Source: Dehalococcoidia bacterium (GTDB lineage Bacteria > Chloroflexota > Dehalococcoidia > E44-bin15). Taken from it: DNA of 64,000 bases. A program made the position numbers and the translations under genes. Every line of letters starts with the position of its first letter. Position 1 is the first letter of the stretch. The stretch is taken from assembly GCA_041649635.1 (NCBI GenBank), contig JBAZMV010000005.1:65976-129975 (forward strand). Direction: 5' to 3'. A model generated the notes under the pieces. It was not told the DNA's origin. It saw only the letters and a program-made list of their open reading frames with translations, and made no database searches. Shown piece by piece: positions 48,760-57,882 of the stretch.

Positions 48760-50097
48760 CTACTTTCCGATGCAGAAGTTGCTGAAGATCGTCTCCAGCA
48801 GTTCGTCGGTCACCGTCTCGCCGGTTATCTCTCCGAGCGTATTCAGAGCAGACGTAAGATCGATCGTCACAAAGTCGTCCGGTATCCGCGTGTCGATGCC
48901 ATGCAAAGCCTGGTCGATGTGCCTGATCGCCTGCTCGAGGCAGGACTTATGCCTGGGATTGGAAACGAGGATCGCGTCGCTGGATACAGTCTTGCCTCCG
49001 AACACGAAGTCGAACATTTTATCTTCGAGGCGGTCTATGCCGTCGCCGGTCAGAGCGGAGACGTGTACTTTGTCGAACGGGATGTCATCGAGATGCGCCC
49101 GCTGTTTCAGGTCGCTTTTATTCGCGGCAACCAGCACAGGCTTTCCCTCCAGCATCGCGACAATTTCCTTATCGGTGCTTCTAAGAGGGGCGCTCGAATC
49201 GACCACAAGAAGCACAAAGTCGGCCTTGGCGACGGCCTCGCGGCTGCGCTCGATACCCATAGATTCCACGCGCCCCTGTCTTTTATCCATACCCGCAGTG
49301 TCGATCATAACGAACGGCACACCGCGAATGTTTGCGATTTCCTCGATGGTGTCTCTCGTGGTTCCCGGCACCGGGCTGACGATGGCGCGGTCCTGTTTCA
49401 GCAGGCGATTGAGCAGGCTGGACTTGCCCACATTGCGCCGTCCCACGATGGCTGTCCTGACGCCCTGGCGGTATATCATGCCCTGATCCGCGCTATCGCT
49501 GATTAATCTCAATTTGTCGCGGGCTTCTCCCAGTATCGGGACTATATCCTGTTCCTCGATCTCGTCTTCAGGGAAGTCGATCCTTGCGGTGAGGTAGGCC
49601 AGGACTTTCATTATTTCAGCCCGAACGTCTTTGACGGCTTGCGACAATTTGCCTTCGAGCCCTCCAACGGCGACTCTCAGGCCGGCCTGCGTTTTCGCTC
49701 TTATGATATCGAGAACTGATTCCGCCTGCGCCAGGTCGATCCTGCCGTTAAGGAAAGCGCGCAGCGTGAACTCGCCTGGGTTGGCCAGTCGCGCGTCCTG
49801 CTTGAGCAATAATTCCAATATCGATAACAGCGGCATCGGGCCGCCGTGGCAGTTTATCTCGACTACGTCCTCGGCGGTGTACGTGTGCGGCGCGGCCATA
49901 TAGCAGGCCAGCACATCATCGACAATGTCTTTTGTATCAGGGTCGATTATATGTCCGTGGACAACACCATGGTCTTCCAACGTGGCGTCGAAAACTTTGC
50001 CGGCTATCGCCAGCGCCTCGGGGCCGCTCAGCCGCACGATGCCGATACCCCCCTCGCCTAAAGGCGTCGATATGGCTGCTATTGTGTCGTTATACAT
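48760..50097 (-). CDS. mnmE: tRNA uridine-5-carboxymethylaminomethyl modification GTPase MnmE
   Basis: N-terminal THF-binding domain. G-domain GRRNVGKSSLLN. C-terminal CIGK motif. Confidence 0.85.
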   Translation of the reverse strand: MYNDTIAAISTPLGEGGIGIVRLSGPEALAIAGKVFDATLEDHGVVHGHIIDPDTKDIVDDVLACYMAAPHTYTAEDVVEINCHGGPMPLLSILELLLKQDARLANPGEFTLRAFLNGRIDLAQAESVLDIIRAKTQAGLRVAVGGLEGKLSQAVKDVRAEIMKVLAYLTARIDFPEDEIEEQDIVPILGEARDKLRLISDSADQGMIYRQGVRTAIVGRRNVGKSSLLNRLLKQDRAIVSPVPGTTRDTIEEIANIRGVPFVMIDTAGMDKRQGRVESMGIERSREAVAKADFVLLVVDSSAPLRSTDKEIVAMLEGKPVLVAANKSDLKQRAHLDDIPFDKVHVSALTGDGIDRLEDKMFDFVFGGKTVSSDAILVSNPRHKSCLEQAIRHIDQALHGIDTRIPDDFVTIDLTSALNTLGEITGETVTDELLETIFSNFCIGK

Positions 50098-50207
50098 AGC
50101 GTGGTAAGTATACAGCCTGCATGTCGAGCGGGCAAGATTCCGATTCGCGACTCTTTATAAGATAGCGCTGCCTAGTGTATACTACTGAAATAGTTTAAGA
50201 GCGGCAC

Positions 50208-51434
50208 ATGCAACAATTCTACAAAAAGCAGAGAAACGGCCTCGGGGTTAACCGCAACGTCTTCGTCCTCGGCTGGGTAAGCTTCTTCACCGATGTCTCC
50301 AGCGAGATGATATTCAGGGCATTCCCCCTCTTTCTCAATGCATTGGGAGTTGGCACTTCCATCATCGGCCTGATCGAAGGATTGGGCTACAGCGCGGCAA
50401 ATCTCGTCAAGATACTGAGCGGCTGGGGCAGCGACAGGCTGGGCGAACGCAAATGGATTACCGCCGCGGGATACGGTCTCTCAACGCTGGTCAAACCGTT
50501 CCTGCTCATCGCATCAAGCTGGGGATTGGCGCTTGTCATACGTGTAATTGAGCGCGCGGGAAAGGGCGTGCGCATCTCTCCCCGCGATGCGTTGATCGCC
50601 GATTGCACTACGGATGGAACGGCGGGACGAGGTTTCGGCTTCCAGAAGGCCATGGATAGTTTCGGAGCCATGGTAGGCGTTGCCATAGCCGCGCTTGTTA
50701 TCTACTTTATACTGGGCCCGGATAAGGTATTAACGGTAGAGACTTTTCACTGGCTGGTAATCATCGGGGTTGTTCCGGCTTTTATAGCCGTGCTTCTCAT
50801 CGTATTCTTCGTCAAGCAAACAAGGCCGACCTGGGCCGAGCGTCTGGCCGCCAGACGTTTAGCTCAACCCAGGATACTAGACAAACGCTTCATCATGTTC
50901 CTTACGGTTATGGTGCTGTTCAACCTGGGCAACTCGGCGGATGCATTTCTTATATTGCGGGCCGGCAACGTAGGCGTATCGGTTTTCTACGTTTTCCTCC
51001 TGCTCATTCTGTATAATCTGATCTATGCTCTGGTATCCTTTCCCATAGGGAGACTTTCGGACAGAATAGGTCGCAAGAAGATTATCGTGATCGGGTGGAG
51101 CATATATGTCGTCACTTACATTCTAATGGCGGTGGCGTCTTCGGAATGGTACATGTTAATCGTCGCTATTACTTATGGGCTTTACGCCGGTCTGGCGGAG
51201 GGAGTGACCAAGGCGTTTGTATGCGATATCGTTTCGCCAAGGAGGCGGGGCATAGCGTACGGACTGTATCACGGAATGGTGGGATTTGCGCTGCTTCTCG
51301 CCAGCGTGATCGCCGGGGTGTTATGGCAGCATGTGAATCCGTCCGCGGCATTCTACTTTGGGGCGGCGATGTCCGGCCTGGCGATGATCGGCATGGTGTT
51401 CTTCGTGAAAGAGTTGCATATAACGGCAAAATAG
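50208..51434 (+). CDS. MFS transporter
   Basis: 408 aa with 12 predicted TMS. MFS loop motifs GRLSDRIGRKK and GxxSDRLGERK. Confidence 0.7.
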   Translation: MQQFYKKQRNGLGVNRNVFVLGWVSFFTDVSSEMIFRAFPLFLNALGVGTSIIGLIEGLGYSAANLVKILSGWGSDRLGERKWITAAGYGLSTLVKPFLLIASSWGLALVIRVIERAGKGVRISPRDALIADCTTDGTAGRGFGFQKAMDSFGAMVGVAIAALVIYFILGPDKVLTVETFHWLVIIGVVPAFIAVLLIVFFVKQTRPTWAERLAARRLAQPRILDKRFIMFLTVMVLFNLGNSADAFLILRAGNVGVSVFYVFLLLILYNLIYALVSFPIGRLSDRIGRKKIIVIGWSIYVVTYILMAVASSEWYMLIVAITYGLYAGLAEGVTKAFVCDIVSPRRRGIAYGLYHGMVGFALLLASVIAGVLWQHVNPSAAFYFGAAMSGLAMIGMVFFVKELHITAK

Positions 51435-51460
51435 TATAGCATCTAGCTCAGGAGGCAATT

Positions 51461-52051
51461 ATGGAAAGTAGGGTAGCTATTTTCATCGACGGCAGCAATC
51501 TCTATCATGCGTTGCGCTCCAATTTCGGGCGCCACGATCTTAATTTTTCCGAGTTTGCCAACAGGCTGTGCGGGAATCGTTTTCTGTTTCGAACATATTA
51601 TTACAATGTATTACAGAGTTCGAGCGGGAGGACGGACGGTATCCGCGAGCAGCAGGATTTCCTCAACGCCCTGCGCGAGACGCCGTATCTGGAGGTCAGG
51701 CTGGGCAGCACAAAGTTATCGCAAGGGGTGGCGGTGGAGAAGGGTGTGGACGTGATGCTCGCCACGGACCTGCTGCATTTCGCCTGGAACAATCTGTATG
51801 ACGTCGCCGTGCTGGTGAGCGGCGACTCCGATTACGCATACGCTTTGCAGGCCGTCAAAAATATGGGCAAACATGTCGAGGTCGCTTATTTTGAGAATAA
51901 CATTTCCAGGGATCTGCTGGACATCTCGGATAAGAGGCATCTATTGGATATTAAGTTCTTCAAAGGATTATGGACGGGCAGTGTTCCCCCGTATCGCCGC
52001 AAGCGCAAGATGCGTCCGATCGGCAAGGTGCTGCCGCCCAATAAAGGCTAG
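51461..52051 (+). CDS. NYN-domain (LabA-like) protein
   Basis: VAIFIDGSNLYHAL...VDVMLATDLL...VAVLVSGDSDYAYA PIN-like acidic residues. AGGAGG RBS. Confidence 0.7.
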   Translation: MESRVAIFIDGSNLYHALRSNFGRHDLNFSEFANRLCGNRFLFRTYYYNVLQSSSGRTDGIREQQDFLNALRETPYLEVRLGSTKLSQGVAVEKGVDVMLATDLLHFAWNNLYDVAVLVSGDSDYAYALQAVKNMGKHVEVAYFENNISRDLLDISDKRHLLDIKFFKGLWTGSVPPYRRKRKMRPIGKVLPPNKG

Positions 52052-52122
52052 AATTGGATATTGTTTACATTTTGTTATCGTTAGTGGAATCGAATGCTGC
52101 TCCGGCGGAATAGAGGTGAATT

Positions 52123-52464
52123 GTGAAAAATAAAGAGTTATTCACCGGCCAGAAAGGTAAGAGCATAGTTAAGGTGTTCCTGGGATTACAATACTGGATA
52201 GCGGCAGTCTCCTATCTGATCATATTCTCCCTCTCGATATTGTGTCTAGCGGTTTATCTGCCGGACCTGTCCGGGGCCGACGTGCTGGACACAGGTACTT
52301 TGACTATCCTGAAAGCCATGTTGATTCTCATCCTGATTTTCGCGACCGGGGCGTTCGGCTGGGAGATGTTGCAGTGGAGAAAGAAGCGGACGAAGAGAGA
52401 AGAGCCCAGCCTGGAGGATATCATTAAGGATATGAAGAAGGATACAAACGGCGATTCAGTGTAA
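52123..52464 (+). CDS. Small hypothetical membrane protein
   Basis: 113 aa with two hydrophobic helices and a Lys/Arg/Glu-rich tail. Weak evidence. Confidence 0.3.
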   Translation: MKNKELFTGQKGKSIVKVFLGLQYWIAAVSYLIIFSLSILCLAVYLPDLSGADVLDTGTLTILKAMLILILIFATGAFGWEMLQWRKKRTKREEPSLEDIIKDMKKDTNGDSV

Positions 52465-52484
52465 AACAGCCGTGGGTGGAAATT

Positions 52485-53321
52485 TTATTCACCAAGCAGG
52501 ATGTTATCGATCAACCGCGTTTTACCGACCTTTACAGCCAGCGAGAGTAGCGCCGTGCGATTTATCATATCCAGTTCAATGAGCGTCTGCGGGTCCGCCA
52601 CGCTGACATAGTCGATCGTAGCCAGCGGTTCCTTCTGTATAAGAGCCAACATGGCCTCTCTCAAATGTGAGGCATCCCTCTGTCCGTTCTCCCACTGCCC
52701 GCGTGCCAGGCTAAGCGCTTGCCATAGCACCACAGCCGCTTTGCGTTCCTCGGGGTTAAGGCGGACATTGCGGCTGCTCATTGCCAGGCCGTCGGATTCA
52801 CGCGCGGTTGGCACCGAGATTATTTCCAGGTTCATATTCAGGTCGTTCACCATTTTGCGGATGACCGCAAGCTGCTGGGCGTCCTTCTGTCCGAAATACG
52901 CCTTGTCCGGCTCCACGATGTTGAACAGCTTGGCCACGACCGTTGTGACACCCTTGAAATGTCCGGGGCGCGCCTTGCCTTCCAGCCTGTCGGTGATGTC
53001 ATTGACCTCAACCCAGCTGTTGAATCCCTCGGGGTATATTTCCTCGGGAGCGGGCATGAAAACCACGTTCACCTTTTCCTTCTGCAGCATGGACAGGTCG
53101 CGTTCTGTATCGCGCGGGTATGAGGCGAAGTCCTCGCTGGGGCCGAACTGGGTGGGATTCACAAATATGCTGACGATGACGGAGAGGTTCTCGACACGGG
53201 CGCGGCGAACCAGCGACAGGTGGCCTTCGTGAAGGTATCCCATAGTAGGAACGAAACCTACGGAACCGATAAGTTTCCTTCGGTATTCTTTCAGGGATTG
53301 CACTTTTTCTATTATTTTCAT
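52485..53321 (-). CDS. panC: Pantoate--beta-alanine ligase
   Basis: GFVPTMGYLHEGHLSLV HIGH-type motif. 278 aa. Confidence 0.85.
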   Translation of the reverse strand: MKIIEKVQSLKEYRRKLIGSVGFVPTMGYLHEGHLSLVRRARVENLSVIVSIFVNPTQFGPSEDFASYPRDTERDLSMLQKEKVNVVFMPAPEEIYPEGFNSWVEVNDITDRLEGKARPGHFKGVTTVVAKLFNIVEPDKAYFGQKDAQQLAVIRKMVNDLNMNLEIISVPTARESDGLAMSSRNVRLNPEERKAAVVLWQALSLARGQWENGQRDASHLREAMLALIQKEPLATIDYVSVADPQTLIELDMINRTALLSLAVKVGKTRLIDNILLGE

Positions 53322-53362
53322 TTCGATGATATATAGGAGGAGAGGTTGTCGGTTAGGAGGGG

Positions 53363-53662
53363 TTATTTTTTCTTCGGCGGATTAAGTGAAGTGATGAAAT
53401 CATCGAGCTGCATGGCGCTGAGGGTAGTGGTATCCAGGGTTCCGCGTGAGCCCAGCTCCACCGCTACTCTAGCCATAGTTTCATTATCGGGCGCTTCCAG
53501 GATATTAATGAAATCATATTCGCCCAGGGTGGCATATTGTTGTAGTACCTTGGCGCCCATGGCCTCCACTTCCTTGTTGACTTCCTTGATCCTGTGCGGG
53601 CGTTCCTTGACCGTCTTCCTGCCCCATACCGTAAGTTTGCTTAACATAACATAGAGAGCCAT
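53363..53662 (-). CDS. GYD-domain protein
   Basis: MALYVMLSKLT...GEYDFINILEAPD is GYD-family-like. 99 aa. Embedded in the pan operon. Confidence 0.55.
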   Translation of the reverse strand: MALYVMLSKLTVWGRKTVKERPHRIKEVNKEVEAMGAKVLQQYATLGEYDFINILEAPDNETMARVAVELGSRGTLDTTTLSAMQLDDFITSLNPPKKK

Positions 53663-53730
53663 AATTCGCCTCCTTTAAAATATGATTTCCTGAGAAGAGT
53701 TAAACTGCGGTGAACTGTGATGCAACAATT

Positions 53731-54567
53731 TTACTGCCGTGCTTCGATTTGTGCAAGCACCGCGGCATCCATCTCGTAACTCTGCTTGGCGGTGGGGAAT
53801 TTGCCGGCCTTAACTTCGGCTATGTATTCCGAGAGGGATGCGGAAATAGATTCATGGAGTCTGGCATACTGCTTGGCGTGCTTGGGGACGAAGTCGGTGT
53901 AAAATCCCAGGAGGTCGTTGATTACCTGTACCTGTCCGTCGCAGTATTTACCTGCGCCGATGCCGATGGTCGGCACGGAAACACGCTCAGTGATAAGCTT
54001 TGCCAGAGGAGTGGGCACGCACTCCAGCACTATGGAGAATACCCCTGCGCTCTCGAGGGCTTTCGCATCGTTCAGCAAACGGGCCGCGACCTCGGCCGTT
54101 TTTCCCTGTACCTTGTATCCGCCCAGTTGATGAACCGATTGCGGCGTCAGTCCTATATGTCCCTGGACAGGGATACCGGCTGCTACGATACGGCTCACTT
54201 TCTCGGCAACGGTTTCGCCCCCCTCCAGCTTAACCGCCTGGGCTCCCCCCTCCTGGATAAAGCGGCCGGCATTGCGCATGGCGTCCTCTACGGACACCTG
54301 ATATGTCATGAACGGCATGTCGCCGATTATGAGAGCATTCTTTGCGCCGCGGACAACGGCTTTGGTGTGGTGGATCATTTCATCCATTGTGACCGGTATC
54401 GTGGACTCGTACCCCAGCATCACCATGCCGAGGCTGTCGCCGACCAGTATAACAGGCATACCCGCCTCATCGACGAGCTTGGCCATGGAGTAATCGTAAG
54501 CGGTGACCTCGGCGATCTTTTCGCCTTTCCGCTTCATCTCTTTAATCTGGCTGGCGGTGACTCTCAT
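53731..54567 (-). CDS. panB: 3-methyl-2-oxobutanoate hydroxymethyltransferase
   Basis: [49 protein letters not shown]. Confidence 0.9.
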   Translation of the reverse strand: MRVTASQIKEMKRKGEKIAEVTAYDYSMAKLVDEAGMPVILVGDSLGMVMLGYESTIPVTMDEMIHHTKAVVRGAKNALIIGDMPFMTYQVSVEDAMRNAGRFIQEGGAQAVKLEGGETVAEKVSRIVAAGIPVQGHIGLTPQSVHQLGGYKVQGKTAEVAARLLNDAKALESAGVFSIVLECVPTPLAKLITERVSVPTIGIGAGKYCDGQVQVINDLLGFYTDFVPKHAKQYARLHESISASLSEYIAEVKAGKFPTAKQSYEMDAAVLAQIEARQ

Positions 54568-54929
54568 ACTAAAGCGGGTTCCTTCTTCACTATTCTGTTA
54601 TTCTCATCGACGAAGACGAGACTGGGCTGCACGTTCTTGGCTTCATCTTCGGTGACGAAGTTGTAGGCGATGATGATGACCTTGTCGCCGGGCTGGACGA
54701 GCCTTGCGGCGGCGCCGTTCAGGCAGACGACTCCGGAGTTACGTTCTCCGGCGATGGTGTATGTCTCTAGCCGTGAACCGTTATCGACATCGACTACGTG
54801 GACCTTCTCATAAGGCAGTATATCGGCGGCCTCCATGAGCGCTTCGTCTATGGTTATGCTTCCCATGTAGTTGATGTTGGCGTCAGTGACCCGCGCGCGA
54901 TGGATTTTGCCTCTCAGCATTTCTCTCAT
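54564..54929 (-). CDS. panD: Aspartate 1-decarboxylase
   Basis: [26 protein letters not shown]...[15 protein letters not shown] pyruvoyl-dependent PanD. It overlaps the panB start by 4 bp. Confidence 0.85.
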   Translation of the reverse strand: MREMLRGKIHRARVTDANINYMGSITIDEALMEAADILPYEKVHVVDVDNGSRLETYTIAGERNSGVVCLNGAAARLVQPGDKVIIIAYNFVTEDEAKNVQPSLVFVDENNRIVKKEPALV

Positions 54930-55821
54930 TCTGTTTCTCCTTAAGCAGTGTCTTCAAGATATCAGCGGTTTTGTTATCGATCTTACCTTTTTCCAGGGCT
55001 ATGGGAATTGTTTGAAGTCCCATCTCGAGGTACGCGTCCAGTGCTTGGGGAGTCGATTGTTCCATTGCATCTATGTGCTTTCTTATCGTGCCCGTGTCGC
55101 CGCGGGCGATTGGTCCGGTGAGACAGTCGGGGATGCCTACGCTGCCGATGTTGTTCAGTGTTCCCTGAAGCAGCGGCATCAACGCCTGCGTAGCCTGTTG
55201 CGGCTCTATGCCGAACGATTTGTAGAGTTCTGTTGCCAGTTTGACCAGGGTGACCAGATAATTGCAGGAGAGCACGGCGGCAGCGTGATACAGAACTTTA
55301 TCTCCCGGGTTGAGCTTGATACAAGTTCCGCCCATCGCTACGGCCATATCACGTAGTGTCGTGAACAGTGGTTCGTCGGCCTCGATGGCGAATGTTGAGC
55401 CTGGTATGTTTTCGATGGCCTGGGATACGCCGGCGAAGGTTTGAAGAGGGTGCATGGCGCCGGTGCTGGCGCCGTCTTCCCTGGCCGGGTCCAGGATATC
55501 GAGCGACGCGGCCCCGCTGCAGTGGACGACGCTCTGCCCGCTGTGCCATTTGAGGCTGGCTGCTATGGGGGCAATTACGTCGTCGGGGGAGGTGATAAAT
55601 ATGAGATTGGCATTGTCGATTACGGCTTGGTTTTTCTGGTATACCTTACACTCCGGCAACATGGCTGAAAATCGCTGGATTGAGGATGGATTTTTATCCG
55701 ATGCGGCCGCTATTTGATAACCATGCGTATGCAGCTTGACCGCCAGGGCCGTTCCTGCGGTTCCGGTGCCTATAAATCCTATCTTCAGTTTAGAGCTGTT
55801 CTGCCTGATCATCTCTGACAC
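54883..55821 (-). CDS. Rossmann-fold/DUF2520-type oxidoreductase, putative 2-dehydropantoate 2-reductase (PanG-like)
   Basis: N-terminal [19 protein letters not shown](P)-binding Rossmann motif. C-terminal helical domain typical of the DUF2520 family. First gene of the pan cluster. Confidence 0.5.
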   Translation of the reverse strand: MSEMIRQNSSKLKIGFIGTGTAGTALAVKLHTHGYQIAAASDKNPSSIQRFSAMLPECKVYQKNQAVIDNANLIFITSPDDVIAPIAASLKWHSGQSVVHCSGAASLDILDPAREDGASTGAMHPLQTFAGVSQAIENIPGSTFAIEADEPLFTTLRDMAVAMGGTCIKLNPGDKVLYHAAAVLSCNYLVTLVKLATELYKSFGIEPQQATQALMPLLQGTLNNIGSVGIPDCLTGPIARGDTGTIRKHIDAMEQSTPQALDAYLEMGLQTIPIALEKGKIDNKTADILKTLLKEKQNERNAERQNPSRAGH

Positions 55822-55876
55822 CTGCCGACTTCTTAGTCTAAGTGTTTCCCCGTGACGGCTTTTGCTCTTTACTGAA

Positions 55877-55925
55877 CTAAAAAAGCCTTCGCGGCCGCAA
55901 CCGAGAAGGCTTAAAAGCCTTTTTC
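55877..55925. terminator. Bidirectional hairpin terminator between mutM (3' end) and the pan operon
   Basis: aaaaaagccttcgcggccgcaaccgagaaggcttaaaagccttttt. Stems are followed by T-runs on both strands. Confidence 0.5.
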
Positions 55926-56073
55926 ACCTGTATGGCGTCTCGGTCGCTAACGATCCAAGCGGTTTTGTATTTATTAAATATTTTTAACTGTATCGACGCC
56001 TCAATAATGGAGGTCGCCGTGAACTTAAATTACCACAAGAGGGCACAGCTTGTCAAGATGTTTTTATGTAATT

Positions 56074-56892
56074 TTAAATATTTTTCCCCTGACATTTAGG
56101 GCAGAAATAGCTGCCTCGTTTACGTATCGGAATTCGCTCAATCTGTGTTCCGCAACTTTTGCATTTACCCCCTAATTGATGTGCTACCTTGAAGACGAAT
56201 TGCGCCTCGCCCGATTTTCCGTCGGGGCGGGTGTAGTCGCTGATGCTGGCGCCGCCGTTGTCTATGGCTTGTGTCAGGACCGTGATAATCGCGCGGTGGA
56301 GTCGCTTTATTTCATCGCGAGACAGGCTGCTGGATTTTCTCTCCGGATGTATCCTGGCATCGAAGAGCGCCTCGTCGGCGTACATGTTGCCGATGCCTGC
56401 GATAACAGTCTGGTCGCAGATTATAGCTTTGGTCGGAGCACTATGCTTGCTCAGTATCGATCGCAGGGTTCTCGCCGTGAAGCACGTATCCAGAGGTTCG
56501 GGACCCAGCTTGCCGACGACCTGTTCCTCATCTTCGACGAGCCATATCATGCCGAACTTGCGCGGGTCGCGGAAGTACAGCTTGGCTCCACTGTCGAAAT
56601 CGAAAACGGCGCGGACATAAGGGTCGCTGTAACTGTCATCATCGAGACGCAGCGAGCCGCTCATGCGCATATGCAGGATGAGGGCATCCCCGGTAGAAAG
56701 TTTGAAAATCAGGTATTTCCCGCGCCTTTTCAACCCTTCAATACACTGTGATACCAACCGGCGTCGGAAAGCGTCGGGGGTCATATTCTGCAGCATCCTC
56801 GGCCAGCTAAGAGTCGCGCCTGTGAAGCACAGGCCGATTACTTTAGTTTCGAGGTCGCGTTTTATTGTTTCGACTTCGGGAAGCTCTGGCAT
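56074..56892 (-). CDS. mutM: Formamidopyrimidine-DNA glycosylase
   Basis: N-terminal MPELPEVE and C-terminal zinc finger C-x2-C-x16-C-x2-C. The start was trimmed to 56892. The ORF-track extension to 56961 translates REP DNA. Confidence 0.85.
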   Translation of the reverse strand: MPELPEVETIKRDLETKVIGLCFTGATLSWPRMLQNMTPDAFRRRLVSQCIEGLKRRGKYLIFKLSTGDALILHMRMSGSLRLDDDSYSDPYVRAVFDFDSGAKLYFRDPRKFGMIWLVEDEEQVVGKLGPEPLDTCFTARTLRSILSKHSAPTKAIICDQTVIAGIGNMYADEALFDARIHPERKSSSLSRDEIKRLHRAIITVLTQAIDNGGASISDYTRPDGKSGEAQFVFKVAHQLGGKCKSCGTQIERIPIRKRGSYFCPKCQGKNI

Positions 56893-57035
56893 GTGATTTC
56901 TTCCTAATCTTATCGTTATTCTATTGTTCAGCGTGTGGGGGTGAATCTCGTATTCGCCCACAGCGGGCGATCACAAGGATCGCCCCTACAATGATTCCAT
57001 TTCGGTGGGCACAGCCCACCCTACGCACTCATTCA
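56893..57035. repeat. REP-like array between mutM and the collagen-like gene
   Basis: gtgaatctcgtattcgcccacag, gggcgatcacaaggatcgcccctac and ggtgggcacagcccaccctac. Confidence 0.8.
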
Positions 57036-57626
57036 TCAGCGGGTCACCCAGTAGACCAGCGTCACGCCGCGGCTCTTCATCCCCGTCGTGCATTGCTGCG
57101 CGGCAATCGTCAGCGAGTAGACGCCGCCGGTATCGGCGACACAAGTGAATTCTATGCCGCCTTCACTGTTGGTATCCTGCCATACGAGAGTTGACGAACC
57201 CGCCGGCACCGCTATAGATAGGGTTGCATCCATACCCGGGTTCAGCAGGAAGCCTTGCAGCAGGTCATCCTTCTCGAGGTTTACGTTGATAATCGTTTCT
57301 TCGCCGCAGGTCAACTCGTAATCGCCGCTGTAGATCGTCTGTGTACATGATGCGCCCTCCGCTCCCTGGGATCCTTCCGGGCCGGGTGGGCCTGGGGGAC
57401 CGGCGGGGCATTTATCACAGGTCGTTGTGACCGTGATCGCGATAGCCGCGGCTGAGGCCGCCAGCGCCGTGGCGGCTAGCAGAGATGTCAGGCCGGAGGG
57501 AAGCCTGAGGCTGACTCTTGCTTTTGTTCCCTTTCCCTTCTTCTTTTTCCCATCGTCATTTCCTTCTAGTACGCGATCTTCTTTATCATCCGGCATTTCA
57601 GGCCTCCTGTGTTTGTTGACGCCCAC
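57036..57626 (-). CDS. Hypothetical membrane-anchored protein with a short collagen-like GPPGPPGPEGSQGAEG triplet and a Cys-containing beta-rich C-domain
   Basis: Lys-rich N-terminus, TM helix LTSLLAATALAASAAAIAITV and Gly-x-y repeats. Flanked on both sides by repeat arrays. Confidence 0.4.
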   Translation of the reverse strand: MGVNKHRRPEMPDDKEDRVLEGNDDGKKKKGKGTKARVSLRLPSGLTSLLAATALAASAAAIAITVTTTCDKCPAGPPGPPGPEGSQGAEGASCTQTIYSGDYELTCGEETIINVNLEKDDLLQGFLLNPGMDATLSIAVPAGSSTLVWQDTNSEGGIEFTCVADTGGVYSLTIAAQQCTTGMKSRGVTLVYWVTR

Positions 57627-57882
57627 TGGATCATCGTCAAGCTTGTGAATCCCCTGCTATACCCCTTGAAAGGGGGAAACAATAATCAACCCCCTGTATC
57701 CCCCAATCTTGGGGGAGAGAAAAAATAATAGGGGACACCCCTAAAACCCCGGCAGGAGAAAACTCTCCTGCACCTCTTATTAGTGGGCACAGCCCACCCT
57801 ACATCTACTTATATCGAACGCCCCCTAGGATGTATTGCTTCCCCCTCTTTAATCAAAGAGGGGGACAGGGGGAGTTCGGACT
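57627..57882. repeat. Composite element (module A plus B) and ccccctctttaatcaaagaggggg hairpin array
   Basis: cccttgaaagggggaaacaataatcaaccccctgtatcccccaatcttggggga...taggggacacccctaaaaccccggcaggagaaaactctcctg. Also gtgggcacagcccaccctac. Confidence 0.85.
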
